A stretch of 40,951 nucleotides of DNA, from positions 1-40,951 of IMG/VR virus record IMGVR_UViG_3300036796_000270. The stretch is one strand, 5' to 3'. Below are positions 28,516-36,889 of this stretch, piece after piece (the stretch's first letter is position 1; each line of letters begins with the position of its first letter). A model generated the notes under the pieces. The model did no database searches, was not told the DNA's origin, and saw nothing but the letters and a program-made list of their open reading frames with translations. A program made the translations under genes and the position numbers. The DNA comes from a virus. Lineage: Duplodnaviria > Caudoviricetes.

Positions 28516-28999
28516 CAGTAAAATGTAGTTGATGGATAAATTTAAGTTGTGAGCTTTGTTTGAATTCTTCACTAAGTGTAGGTTCGTACACCCATGCGGC
28601 ATTAGGAGAGTGCAGATTTTTTTCACTTTAAGTTATTTATTTAATACACCTTTCTACTTTTGAGAAATGGATTACATTTACATTCTCCTTGTAATGATGA
28701 CCCCTTTGGTCTCCCTTCCGAATTGCAGGATTTCATTTCGGAAGGGACTTTTTTCCTTTCCCGGCTTGATAAATACTCATTATTTTCTAGACTCTTACAA
28801 AGACTTTGCTATGTCAGGTGAAGTTGTCGTTCAGGACTACCCGTGTGCTCAAGGATGAGCCACCCTGATTTGTTCAAGCTTCTCCCTGCCATTTAATTAT
28901 CTCCCCCCAAAGAATTGTCCTTTTGTATAACGGAATCCTCAATATTTGCTACGGTTAAAGTCCAGAGGAGAGACTGTGTCCGAACCTCAGGGATGAGGC

Positions 29000-29182
29000 T
29001 CAATTTTTCCCGCAATTTGCTTTCCATGCTTTGTTATGCGCCAGGATGTCTTTCTTCGTCTGGCGGTCCAGAACGTCGATATCGTGATCCGTCAGGTAGA
29101 TTGGTATTATCCAGTTACAGGCGGTATCAACCACCACCGGGACGCTTCCACGTGTCACGCAGCTCGCGATCAACATCGTCAT
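29000..29182 (-). CDS. o-spanin (Rz1-like lipoprotein)
   Basis: LIASC lipobox, overlaps the 3' end of the i-spanin gene, HN..W...C motif; exact start uncertain. Confidence 0.8.
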   Translation of the reverse strand: MTMLIASCVTRGSVPVVVDTACNWIIPIYLTDHDIDVLDRQTKKDILAHNKAWKANCGKN

Positions 29183-29402
29183 CAGGCATGCGGTTAACCG
29201 TCTGCTGTACATTGCTGGCCTCTTTCGTTGTCTCTAACCGGCGTTCTGCTGCTGCGACCGTTGCAGCTGCATTATCTTCGGTGCGCTGCTGATCGGCTTT
29301 CGCTTCCGCTTTGCTGGTGCCGCGTGAATGACCAATGCCAAACGCCCCAGCGATAGCCGCCATTATCAGGGCAGCAATACCGATAATTGTTTCTAATCCC
29401 AT
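29127..29402 (-). CDS. i-spanin (Rz-like)
   Basis: N-terminal TM helix plus Ala-rich helix, directly after the endolysin. Confidence 0.8.
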   Translation of the reverse strand: MGLETIIGIAALIMAAIAGAFGIGHSRGTSKAEAKADQQRTEDNAAATVAAAERRLETTKEASNVQQTVNRMPDDDVDRELRDTWKRPGGG

Positions 29403-29409
29403 ATCAACC

Positions 29410-30036
29410 TCACATCAGTACCGTTTTTGCCTTACCGAAGCGAGCGCGACGATCTTCAAGTCCGTTTGTGCCGCCGTTGATAATCTTCGTTACCTGCAGC
29501 AGGTTATCTGAATAGTTCAGACATCCCTTAGCAGCGAAGAACCATGCCGCGCTTCTAGCAGCATAAATGGGCTCGGCTAATAGCTCAGGCTGCTGAACCA
29601 GATCGACCTTCAGGGCATTTCCGCAGTCACGATAGTTATCCAGGAAAGTGATGCCGATGAGTCCACGCGCACGGTATTTCCATCCATCACCAGGCGCATT
29701 GTTACCGTAGCGTTTGCTGTAGACCAGGTTTGCAATGGCACGCTGGCGCTCAATCGATAATGCTCGTTCTTCAGGTCGACGGCCAAGTGTATTAGCCTGG
29801 TCTTGCGTGATGCGTCCTGCTCGAATGAAGTTTGCCAACCCCACTACGCTGTAGTTGAAGTTTTCCTGCAACCGGGTGAACCCCGTCGACTCATGCGCAG
29901 CCTGCGCAATGAACATGGACTGATCTACCGGCTTGATGATTCCGAACTCTTTCATCGCATCACTGATTGGCTGAAACCAGCGCGCAGCTAACTCGGCGCT
30001 TAACCCAGCCGCCTTTTTAAAATGTGATTGGTTCAT
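29410..30036 (-). CDS. Endolysin, glycoside hydrolase family 19
   Basis: FIAQ.AHES, ENFNYS, GDGWKYR.RG.I.IT and INGG.NGL.DR motifs. Confidence 0.95.
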   Translation of the reverse strand: MNQSHFKKAAGLSAELAARWFQPISDAMKEFGIIKPVDQSMFIAQAAHESTGFTRLQENFNYSVVGLANFIRAGRITQDQANTLGRRPEERALSIERQRAIANLVYSKRYGNNAPGDGWKYRARGLIGITFLDNYRDCGNALKVDLVQQPELLAEPIYAARSAAWFFAAKGCLNYSDNLLQVTKIINGGTNGLEDRRARFGKAKTVLM

Positions 30037-30317
30037 TAGTGCCTCAGTGCATCAACCAGGCGCGCCACGTTTCCCCGAGCCCAGAGAACGGCAGCACAGA
30101 TCAGGACGTTGACCAGCACCACAAACCAATGGGATTCATGGTACAGGCCGAACAGGTAACGGAAAGGGACGCTGGCGTATACCAGCACCGTGAAGTAAGC
30201 CATAAGCGATATCAGTGGGCGATGTCTCGCCCCGCCTCGCTGGTAGAACATCAGAGCAATAACGATAACAGCAGAGATAATTGCATTTGCCATAGCACTC
30301 GGATCACTTGTTACCAT
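30036..30317 (-). CDS. Holin
   Basis: Three hydrophobic segments, RGNVA motif, coupled to the endolysin. Confidence 0.85.
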   Translation of the reverse strand: MVTSDPSAMANAIISAVIVIALMFYQRGGARHRPLISLMAYFTVLVYASVPFRYLFGLYHESHWFVVLVNVLICAAVLWARGNVARLVDALRH

Positions 30318-30699
30318 TGCTGGCCCCTCCACCACGTAAACGCGAGAGAATTCCAAACAGGCTACCCAAATCCTGACTGTTGACGAACGTCAGCAGCTTA
30401 ATAGCAATTGCGGCTACGATTACCGCGCCCAGCGCATCAAGTGGCCTGTCGCTGTACCCAGTCCATTTCGAGAAGTAAGAGCCAAGCAATGGCGCGCCGA
30501 TAACGCCGAATATGAATGATGTGATGAAGTAGCCCACCAATTTAAGGCGGCTGATATTAACCGCCGTAGCGACGTAGAAAACCGCGCCAGCGAATGCGCC
30601 AAACACCACACCATAATCTATGCCGGTTGCCAGGCCGAACATGCTGGCCCCCATCAGACCACCAGCGGCTACCGTAGTGCCAGAAACAGGATCGGACAT
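30304..30699 (-). CDS. Putative holin / antiholin
   Basis: Multi-TM protein, GAFAGAVF motif, first gene of the lysis cassette. Confidence 0.8.
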   Translation of the reverse strand: MSDPVSGTTVAAGGLMGASMFGLATGIDYGVVFGAFAGAVFYVATAVNISRLKLVGYFITSFIFGVIGAPLLGSYFSKWTGYSDRPLDALGAVIVAAIAIKLLTFVNSQDLGSLFGILSRLRGGGASNGNK

Positions 30700-30745
30700 T
30701 TAGCCCCCTCTTATTGCCGTGAGTCCTCTCAGAACGAGGGGAAAC

Positions 30746-30880
30746 AAAAAAGGCCACCCGTAGGCAGCCTTTAAAGTGACAAAACCCCTTAGTGGCGAGG
30801 TTTAGTAATCGTTTTAAGTCCGTGGCGTAGAAACCACTCTTAACACACTAAACTAAAAAATGCGGTCCGCGTTAATGATT
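30746..30880 (-). promoter_or_regulatory. Probable late promoter pR' / Q-utilisation site with terminators
   Basis: Non-coding segment upstream of the holins with -10-like TAGTGT and TAAGAGT and two hairpins. Confidence 0.5.
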
Positions 30881-30941
30881 TTTGTCTTTTTTCATTGTAA
30901 ATTGAAGGTATTATTCTTCAATAACCTTTAGAGGGGAATCT

Positions 30942-31766
30942 GTGAAAGTTTTCATCAGTTGGTCAGGACAACGAAGCAGAGTCGTTGCTGAAATATTTAG
31001 TGATTGGCTAAAGTGCGTAATTCAGGCTTCTCAACCTTGGATCTCAACAAGAGATATTGATCGTGGGGCAATTTGGTTTTCAGAAATTAATGACAAATTG
31101 AAAGACGTTTCAGTTGGAGTAGTTTTTCTAACCCAAGAAAACAAAAATAAACCTTGGATTCTTTTTGAAACGGGAGCATTAGCAAAAGGGTTGACGACCA
31201 ATAGAGTATGTACATTTTTAATCGATTTAAATCCAGAAGACCTACAGGATCCTCTTGCACAATTTAATCATACAACACCTAATACAAATAGTGTATGGGA
31301 ACTAACAAGAACAATCAACGCTTGCCTAGCTGAAAAAGCATTAGATGAGCGTATTTTAAAACAGGTATTTGATACATACTGGCCTCAATTTTCAAATAGC
31401 TTTGATAATGCCTTAAATGACTTCCCTCCGAATGAAGTAGTGCCACCTCGCTCTGAACAAGATATTTTAAATGAAATCTTGAACAATACTAGAGCGTTAA
31501 CTCAAAGAGTTAGAAATTTAGAATCGCACTCCCTTAAAACCCCCAACATGGTTATAGAAGGTAGCTCATTAGATAAAAAGAGATCAACTTGGGCTATGCA
31601 AAAAAGAGTCAGCGATATAGTAAGGACTGGGGATTTTACTGAAGATGAGATAGTTTCATTCTTAGAAAAGTATTCTTTTCCAGAGGATAATATTAGAGAA
31701 CTAGTTAGATTCTACGTTAAAAAATACAAGTTGAAAAACGACGATGTGAATACTGAAGAGAACTAA
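30942..31766 (+). CDS. TIR-domain protein
   Basis: KVFISWS box 1, DI..G..W..EI, PWILFE.GA with the catalytic-type Glu; AT-rich; GTG start with GAGGGG RBS. Confidence 0.9.
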   Translation: MKVFISWSGQRSRVVAEIFSDWLKCVIQASQPWISTRDIDRGAIWFSEINDKLKDVSVGVVFLTQENKNKPWILFETGALAKGLTTNRVCTFLIDLNPEDLQDPLAQFNHTTPNTNSVWELTRTINACLAEKALDERILKQVFDTYWPQFSNSFDNALNDFPPNEVVPPRSEQDILNEILNNTRALTQRVRNLESHSLKTPNMVIEGSSLDKKRSTWAMQKRVSDIVRTGDFTEDEIVSFLEKYSFPEDNIRELVRFYVKKYKLKNDDVNTEEN

Positions 31767-31771
31767 ATCAT

Positions 31772-31801
31772 ACCCCCCTTAAGATATATGCTTAGGGGGG
31801 T
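31772..31801. terminator. Hairpin between convergent TIR and Q genes
   Basis: ACCCCCC..TAAG/CTTAGGGGGGT inverted repeat. Confidence 0.6.
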
Positions 31802-31815
31802 GGCATTTTTATAAT

Positions 31816-32181
31816 CTAGCAATCCATATCTAATCGAATATCTAGCATAGAAAGACAACCATCTATAAATCCTTCTGCCATCTGGATTTCAATACGTATT
31901 AGCTTCTCATCTTTCTTTCTCTCTTTCGCAATTTTCCGCTTTGAGATTCCATAGAGATAGTGTGCAACCAAGAGCGAATACTCATATGGCTTGCGTTTTT
32001 GAAGTCGAGCTAAACACCCCTCGATAATTAGGGCATCGTCATCAGTACATGACAGGCGGGATTTACTTGTTGGGGGAAGAAGCCCTTTGAAACCAGCGGC
32101 TACTGATGAGTAATCAATACCGGAACTATCACTCGCGGCCCAACCTCCCCAACGCTCTAATACCTTCTGAATATCACGCAT
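31816..32181 (-). CDS. Q: Late antiterminator Q
   Basis: MRDIQ.VLERWGGWA and AEGFIDGCL motifs; upstream of the lysis genes. Confidence 0.92.
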   Translation of the reverse strand: MRDIQKVLERWGGWAASDSSGIDYSSVAAGFKGLLPPTSKSRLSCTDDDALIIEGCLARLQKRKPYEYSLLVAHYLYGISKRKIAKERKKDEKLIRIEIQMAEGFIDGCLSMLDIRLDMDC

Positions 32182-32195
32182 GTTTTCTCCACTGT

Positions 32196-33185
32196 TCATG
32201 CTAATACTCCTATTGCAAGAGCACGATCTAAAAACCGAAACAGCAGCGTTAACTGGTCGCCGTACTTTGCTTCAAATGCCACAGGATCAGCGTGTAACTC
32301 GTTGTGATGTGCTCTGCACAGCGGTATCACAAACAGGTCGTGCGCTTTGGTACCCATTCCACCCTGCCCGTGGCCTATCAGGTGGTGGGGGTCGTCTGCC
32401 GGGTTATTGCAGCAACTGCACTGCTGCGACTTCACCCAGCGGGTATACTTCTCGTTCTCCCAGCGGCGGCGCTTTGGCCTAAGCATGAAAGATTCCGGTG
32501 ACTCAGGGTCTACCTTAACGGAGACAACCTTCTTCACTTTCTCCTGGAGGATTAAAGTCGCCGGTAACGACGGAACAATGTCACTTTCCCGCATTATAGA
32601 GCTGTGCGATTCAGTCTTAATCCTGAGGGCTTTGCTGGCCACTGATTCAGGAATAAGGTCAGCCAGATCGTTACGTACCATCCACCAGCAGAATTCGGGT
32701 AGTGTCAGGATGTGCTCTGCTCCAAAACCCAGCATAATATTCACCCTTTCGAGTAGCCATTTTACCAGGTTCTGCATGGCAATTCCTGCCAGTATTTCCG
32801 TAGTTTGTTCACGCAACTGGTTGTCACAACTCCAGCAAAGACGAATGCTGCCAGGTGCGTGACGCATGACCGTGAAGTCCCGTGCGTGCCAGTCAGTTTG
32901 TGGCCACTGGCATTCAAAACTCTGTTCAAGCCATGCATCAAGACTGCTCAGGCCACCAGCGCGCTGGATAACTCGTTTGTTCCCAAAAATCACCTGCATA
33001 CTATCATCATCAGTCAGCGGCTGGTGCGCTTCTGGAATCAGCCCAGATGGCAGGTGCTGGATGGCTTCTGATGGCGTTTCAATCACCACCCTTCCCCGGC
33101 GGAATAACCAAAGCAACTCATTGCCTGGGCGGAAAAGAACCACCCCGGAAATTGGCGCAACTTCAGGTGTAAGTATGGCTCTCAC
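32196..33185 (-). CDS. DUF968 (YdfU-like) protein
   Basis: RAILTPE, CW.CD, C.CC...DDPHH and PLCR.HH motifs. Confidence 0.9.
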   Translation of the reverse strand: MRAILTPEVAPISGVVLFRPGNELLWLFRRGRVVIETPSEAIQHLPSGLIPEAHQPLTDDDSMQVIFGNKRVIQRAGGLSSLDAWLEQSFECQWPQTDWHARDFTVMRHAPGSIRLCWSCDNQLREQTTEILAGIAMQNLVKWLLERVNIMLGFGAEHILTLPEFCWWMVRNDLADLIPESVASKALRIKTESHSSIMRESDIVPSLPATLILQEKVKKVVSVKVDPESPESFMLRPKRRRWENEKYTRWVKSQQCSCCNNPADDPHHLIGHGQGGMGTKAHDLFVIPLCRAHHNELHADPVAFEAKYGDQLTLLFRFLDRALAIGVLA

Positions 33186-33571
33186 CAAATTCCCCCCATT
33201 GTTGGTTGATGCATGGTTATAGATATTTCTACCCTTCCGCCAGGCACTTTCGGCCCCCACTCCACCAGTATTCTCTGAACCTGACTGTCATCCTCCCAAA
33301 TGCCAGCGTGCGTGAGCGCATCAAACAGGGCCTTGTTGTAATTGTCGATATCGCGGCGACGTGCATCTGGCGGAAAGAGAAGGATCTCCACCGCAGCTGG
33401 TGATGATGATGGTTTTGGAAGGCAGCGTAACTGTTCGATAATCGCTGCACATGCCGCGCTCTGGTATGCCCTGCCTTTCTCACTAATAAGGTGTCGTCCC
33501 TTTAACGCCCCTTTGTTAGGGGCGCGCCAATAAGTATTTACGCTAGGAGGGAATAGGAGCACCAGTTTCAT
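33182..33571 (-). CDS. rusA: Holliday junction resolvase RusA
   Basis: PPSVN.YW, RRDIDN..KA..DAL and DDSQV motifs. Confidence 0.95.
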   Translation of the reverse strand: MKLVLLFPPSVNTYWRAPNKGALKGRHLISEKGRAYQSAACAAIIEQLRCLPKPSSSPAAVEILLFPPDARRRDIDNYNKALFDALTHAGIWEDDSQVQRILVEWGPKVPGGRVEISITMHQPTMGGIW

Positions 33572-33888
33572 ACAGTCACTCCCTGTTTTTTCAGCCATTC
33601 TACAGCCCTCTCTCTGGCTTTCTCGCCACCGAAGAGCAGGTCTTTAATGATCGCTACAGGGTCTGCACCCCCTTCCGTATTAACTACAGTAATGCCCCTG
33701 GCAGCGCTAGGAGCAATGGAGATGTAACCCTTTTTCTTAAGCACCTTCACGTGCTCTGCTGCTGCGTTCGGAGATGCGCACCCAATTAAACCGGCAAGCT
33801 CCTGAATGGTAGGCGGGAAGCCTGTGCGGTCTTTGTAGAGCACAATGGCATCCAGCACTTCACTCTGACGGGGCGTTAATTCCATCAT
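33568..33888 (-). CDS. LexA N-terminal DNA-binding domain protein
   Basis: LT.RQ.EV, G.PPT..E.A, SPNAA.EH, KG.I....ARGI; no peptidase domain. Confidence 0.88.
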   Translation of the reverse strand: MMELTPRQSEVLDAIVLYKDRTGFPPTIQELAGLIGCASPNAAAEHVKVLKKKGYISIAPSAARGITVVNTEGGADPVAIIKDLLFGGEKARERAVEWLKKQGVTV

Positions 33889-34811
33889 TAGTTCGCTCCT
33901 CTGAAACCTTCAGGGATTTTGCTGTAGTCGGTGTTGTTGAAGCTGGATTTAAAGATTCCGTCCTCGCGCTCCCACTTTCCGTTAACTCGTGCTGGTCTTC
34001 CGGCATTCGCCCAGCTGTTCGCAGACTTCAGGTAGCCTGGGAATTTGGTCGGCTGGAAAAGAGTCTGTGGTCTAAGGTAGGCCGCCATCGTCAGGTCTTC
34101 GCTCCACTTGGCGTTGCAGTAATCAACCACCAGCGACAACTCTTCAACGGTGAAGCCCTCCCCGATTCGGGCACGAATGTTTTGCAGCGAGGTTGTTGAA
34201 ACCTGATAACGCGAACTGGTCACCTGGTTGAGATGGGTTAAAACCTGTTTAGCCTGATCGGTGATCAACACATCACGGTCTGGTTGCGCCGCAACCGGAC
34301 AAGAAGGGTTTTTAATATCTGTAGTATTCTCTGTTGTATTCTCTGTAAGAACATCAGTGCAATTTGACCTGATGAGAGCGGTTCGTTTTGACCCGATGGA
34401 ACGTTTCACTTTGGCCCCTTCCATCAGTTCATTTTGACCTGATGGAGGAGCGCATTTTGAGCTCTTCGATTCAGTCACTTTGACCTCATCTAAAAGCTCG
34501 CTTTCATAGTTGATCGTGTAGTAGTTCGTCATGTCGCGCTGAGACTTGTTCAACTGCTCAACTTTCAGAAGTCCGAGGTTCTTCAGGCGAGTAAAGGTGC
34601 GCTTCAAGGTGGATTCAGACCAGAACGGGAACTGCTCCAGCCACTGCTCATTGGTGTTGTAAATCCAGCGCGCACCATCACGCTCCAGGCCGGAGGTGGT
34701 TTCTTTCAGCCAGTAATTAACCTGCTGCAGAGCAATCGCCTCATTGAGGCCAATGCTGTATGCAAGGTCAGGGTTAATCACTATCGGCCTCGATGGCATT
34801 AACAGGCTCAT
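33888..34811 (-). CDS. Replication initiator (O-like)
   Basis: N-terminal wHTH (GLNEAI.LQQ, WIYN, FPFWS), C-terminal YLRPQTLF..KF..YL. Confidence 0.9.
   Translation of the reverse strand: MSLLMPSRPIVINPDLAYSIGLNEAIALQQVNYWLKETTSGLERDGARWIYNTNEQWLEQFPFWSESTLKRTFTRLKNLGLLKVEQLNKSQRDMTNYYTINYESELLDEVKVTESKSSKCAPPSGQNELMEGAKVKRSIGSKRTALIRSNCTDVLTENTTENTTDIKNPSCPVAAQPDRDVLITDQAKQVLTHLNQVTSSRYQVSTTSLQNIRARIGEGFTVEELSLVVDYCNAKWSEDLTMAAYLRPQTLFQPTKFPGYLKSANSWANAGRPARVNGKWEREDGIFKSSFNNTDYSKIPEGFRGAN
34321..34490. repeat. Probable replication origin iterons inside the initiator gene
   Basis: TTTGACC(T/C)GATG three times plus degenerate copies; tandem GTATTCTCTGT. Confidence 0.65.
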
Positions 34812-34980
34812 GGTCGTCCTTTAACTCTGTAAATTTACGCTGGAATTGCTCAAGAGGGCTGAAGCACTCATGATCGTACCCTTCGCGAAGGTATATAACG
34901 CGTCGGCTCTCGGGCTCCCATCGAATGACGTGGACCGGGACCCCTCTGTGGTCTTTGAATTGCCTGTTAACTTCAGCCAT
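34774..34980 (-). CDS. DUF4222-like protein
   Basis: F.D..G..V.VI, VIYLR.GY...C..P...F.RKF pattern. Confidence 0.8.
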   Translation of the reverse strand: MAEVNRQFKDHRGVPVHVIRWEPESRRVIYLREGYDHECFSPLEQFQRKFTELKDDHEPVNAIEADSD

Positions 34981-35159
34981 TCTTCTCGCCCCTTCTCGTT
35001 CATCCGAGCAAACGCCTCTACCATCGCGTTCTCAGGCTGGTAGTTGTTCACCTCAGCCTGGTCGTTTAATCTCTCCACATAGCCGAACGGGGAATCTTTT
35101 CCCACCAGTGGAAGGCATCTGAATTGCTTCACTGGTCTCAATCGGTTTAAACTGTTCAT
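34821..35159 (-). CDS. Hypothetical early protein
   Basis: GGAG RBS; 3' part overlaps the DUF4222 gene. Confidence 0.5.
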   Translation of the reverse strand: MNSLNRLRPVKQFRCLPLVGKDSPFGYVERLNDQAEVNNYQPENAMVEAFARMNEKGREEWLKLTGNSKTTEGSRSTSFDGSPRADALYTFAKGTIMSASALLSNSSVNLQS

Positions 35160-35220
35160 GCGTTAGTTTCTCCACTGAATACGACACGCCACGACGCCCG
35201 GAGCTGCACACTCGCGGGCG

Positions 35221-35691
35221 TCACTTCTTTTGGCTTTGCTTACGGCCAAACAGCGCGACAATCGCGCGAATTTCTTCTTCTCGCGCAGCCAGATGACGGC
35301 GGTGATACTCGTTAATTTCTTCAGCTTCATGCGACTCAATTACTCCATCTTCCAGGGCTTTCTGGATGATTGTGTCTACACGTCCGCGCGCTGCGGCTGT
35401 TCTCATGGCGCGGGTAAACAGATCAACACGGTCAAGGTCTTCCAGCTGCGGTACGTCCACCAGCAATGCACCACGACGCTGCGCAAAGTAATCAGCCAGG
35501 AGAGAAGTGTTCGAAATGTCTTCCATCGCTTCCAGCTCGTTCACTTCAAAGAAGCGACAGCCGTTCTTCTCGTACAGGTTATTGTTAAACTGAGATACGG
35601 ACATGCCAAGAGCACCGGCCATAGCCTCACGACCACCGGGATACGCTTTGCACATCGCTTTAACTACATCTTTCAGGCTTGGTTCTACCAT
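35221..35691 (-). CDS. YmfL-family regulator (CII position)
   Basis: YPGGR..MAGALGM, FNN.LYEKNG, DGVI...E motifs; follows cro. Confidence 0.88.
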   Translation of the reverse strand: MVEPSLKDVVKAMCKAYPGGREAMAGALGMSVSQFNNNLYEKNGCRFFEVNELEAMEDISNTSLLADYFAQRRGALLVDVPQLEDLDRVDLFTRAMRTAAARGRVDTIIQKALEDGVIESHEAEEINEYHRRHLAAREEEIRAIVALFGRKQSQKK

Positions 35692-35732
35692 GTTGTTTTT
35701 CCTTTGGTAGTTACGGGTTGGGTGCTGTTGAG

Positions 35733-35951
35733 TTACGGTATTACTGCAACGTCAGGATCAGCAGATTTGTTTTTGTTAGGGAATGGTCGAACTTCCTCGG
35801 CTTCAATTTTCCCGTCTTCGTTAACCAGGATATTTACTCGGCGATTACGTTTTAGCGCTTTACTGATTGCGCTTTGGTATACGCCAAGTGCCTCAGCTGT
35901 TTTTGCCTGACCGTTTTCCAAAACATATTCAGATAGCGGAATAATCTTCAT
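35733..35951 (-). CDS. cro: Cro repressor, lambda-like
   Basis: GQ.KTA..LGVYQSAI.KA and AEEV.PFP motifs. Confidence 0.95.
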   Translation of the reverse strand: MKIIPLSEYVLENGQAKTAEALGVYQSAISKALKRNRRVNILVNEDGKIEAEEVRPFPNKNKSADPDVAVIP

Positions 35952-35979
35952 TGGTTTTCCTCGTGGTTTGCACACAGGG

Positions 35980-36049
35980 AGTATCACTGTTAGTGATAAA
36001 TATGTCAACACTAGCGGTGATTGGTGATTATGCCGTGCGGTGATAAATT
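35980..36049. promoter_or_regulatory. OR1-OR3 operators with PR and PRM
   Basis: 17-mers TATCACTGTTAGTGATA (35982), CAACACTAGCGGTGATT (36006), TATGCCGTGCGGTGATA (36029); PR TTGACA-17-GATACT on minus strand; PRM -10 TAAATT. Confidence 0.9.
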
Positions 36050-36055
36050 ATGAGA

Positions 36056-36769
36056 ATGAAAAAGAAACCATTGACCGCCGAACAACTTGCCGACGCCAAC
36101 AGGCTTAAGGCTATTTTTGAGTCCAAGAAGAAAGCGCTTGGGCTCTCTCAAGAGACTTTGGCTGAACAAATGGGTATGGGACAAAGTGGTGTTGCGCAGT
36201 TACTGAATGGCACAAATGCTATCAACGCTACTCATGCTGCACAGTTCGCAAAAATTCTAGGGGTAAAAGTCGATGATTTCAGCCCATCTCTTGCAGCTGA
36301 GATATCAGCTATGTTTGAGGCGATTGCGAGCGGCAGAAATCAATGCTCTGTGTATGAGTACCCGCTTTTAACCGAAGTGCAGGCTGGATCATTTTGCCCA
36401 GTTAATACATACACAGAGCACGACGCGAAGGAATGGGTTCTAACCACTGTTAAAGCCAGTGACTCTGCTTTTTGGCTTGAGGTGTCAGGTCATTCGATGA
36501 CTGCTCCTCCAGGAGTAAAGCCAAGCTTTCCCGAGGGAATGCTCATACTCATAGATCCAGAACAGGATGTTGAGCCTGGTGACTTCTGTGTTGCTGGTAT
36601 ATTTAACGATTCAGAGGTCACTTTTAAAAAATTTGTCCGTGAAGACGGGAAACCCTGGCTTGAACCTCTTAACCCCAGCCCTCGCTATCAGGCCATTGAA
36701 TGTAATGAGAATTGCAGAATAATAGGCAAAGTTGTTAAGGCCCAATGGCCTGAAAATATCTTCGAATAA
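36056..36769 (+). CDS. cI: CI repressor, lambda-like
   Basis: KKKPLT arm, HTH LSQE..MGQSGV, VQAG cleavage site, catalytic GHSM and TFKK. Confidence 0.97.
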   Translation: MKKKPLTAEQLADANRLKAIFESKKKALGLSQETLAEQMGMGQSGVAQLLNGTNAINATHAAQFAKILGVKVDDFSPSLAAEISAMFEAIASGRNQCSVYEYPLLTEVQAGSFCPVNTYTEHDAKEWVLTTVKASDSAFWLEVSGHSMTAPPGVKPSFPEGMLILIDPEQDVEPGDFCVAGIFNDSEVTFKKFVREDGKPWLEPLNPSPRYQAIECNENCRIIGKVVKAQWPENIFE

Positions 36770-36794
36770 GGAGCCAAACGGCTCCTTTTTTTTT
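36769..36794 (+). terminator. cI terminator
   Basis: AGGAGCC/GGCTCCT hairpin plus T run. Confidence 0.85.
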
Positions 36795-36825
36795 GCATCT
36801 TTTTTCACCTTACTAATCATAAAGT

Positions 36826-36889
36826 TAACACCAGTCATGATATTTTTATCACTAGAGGTGTTGACCATTTAATCACTATTGGTGATACT
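36826..36889 (+). promoter_or_regulatory. OL3-OL1 operators and PL
   Basis: 17-mers at 36826, 36847 and 36871; TTGACC (36861)-17-GATACT (36884). Confidence 0.9.

Noticed and set aside
28378-28858. ORFs 28378..28626 and 28667..28858
   Set aside because: No convincing RBS or protein features; the region is better explained by RNA structure
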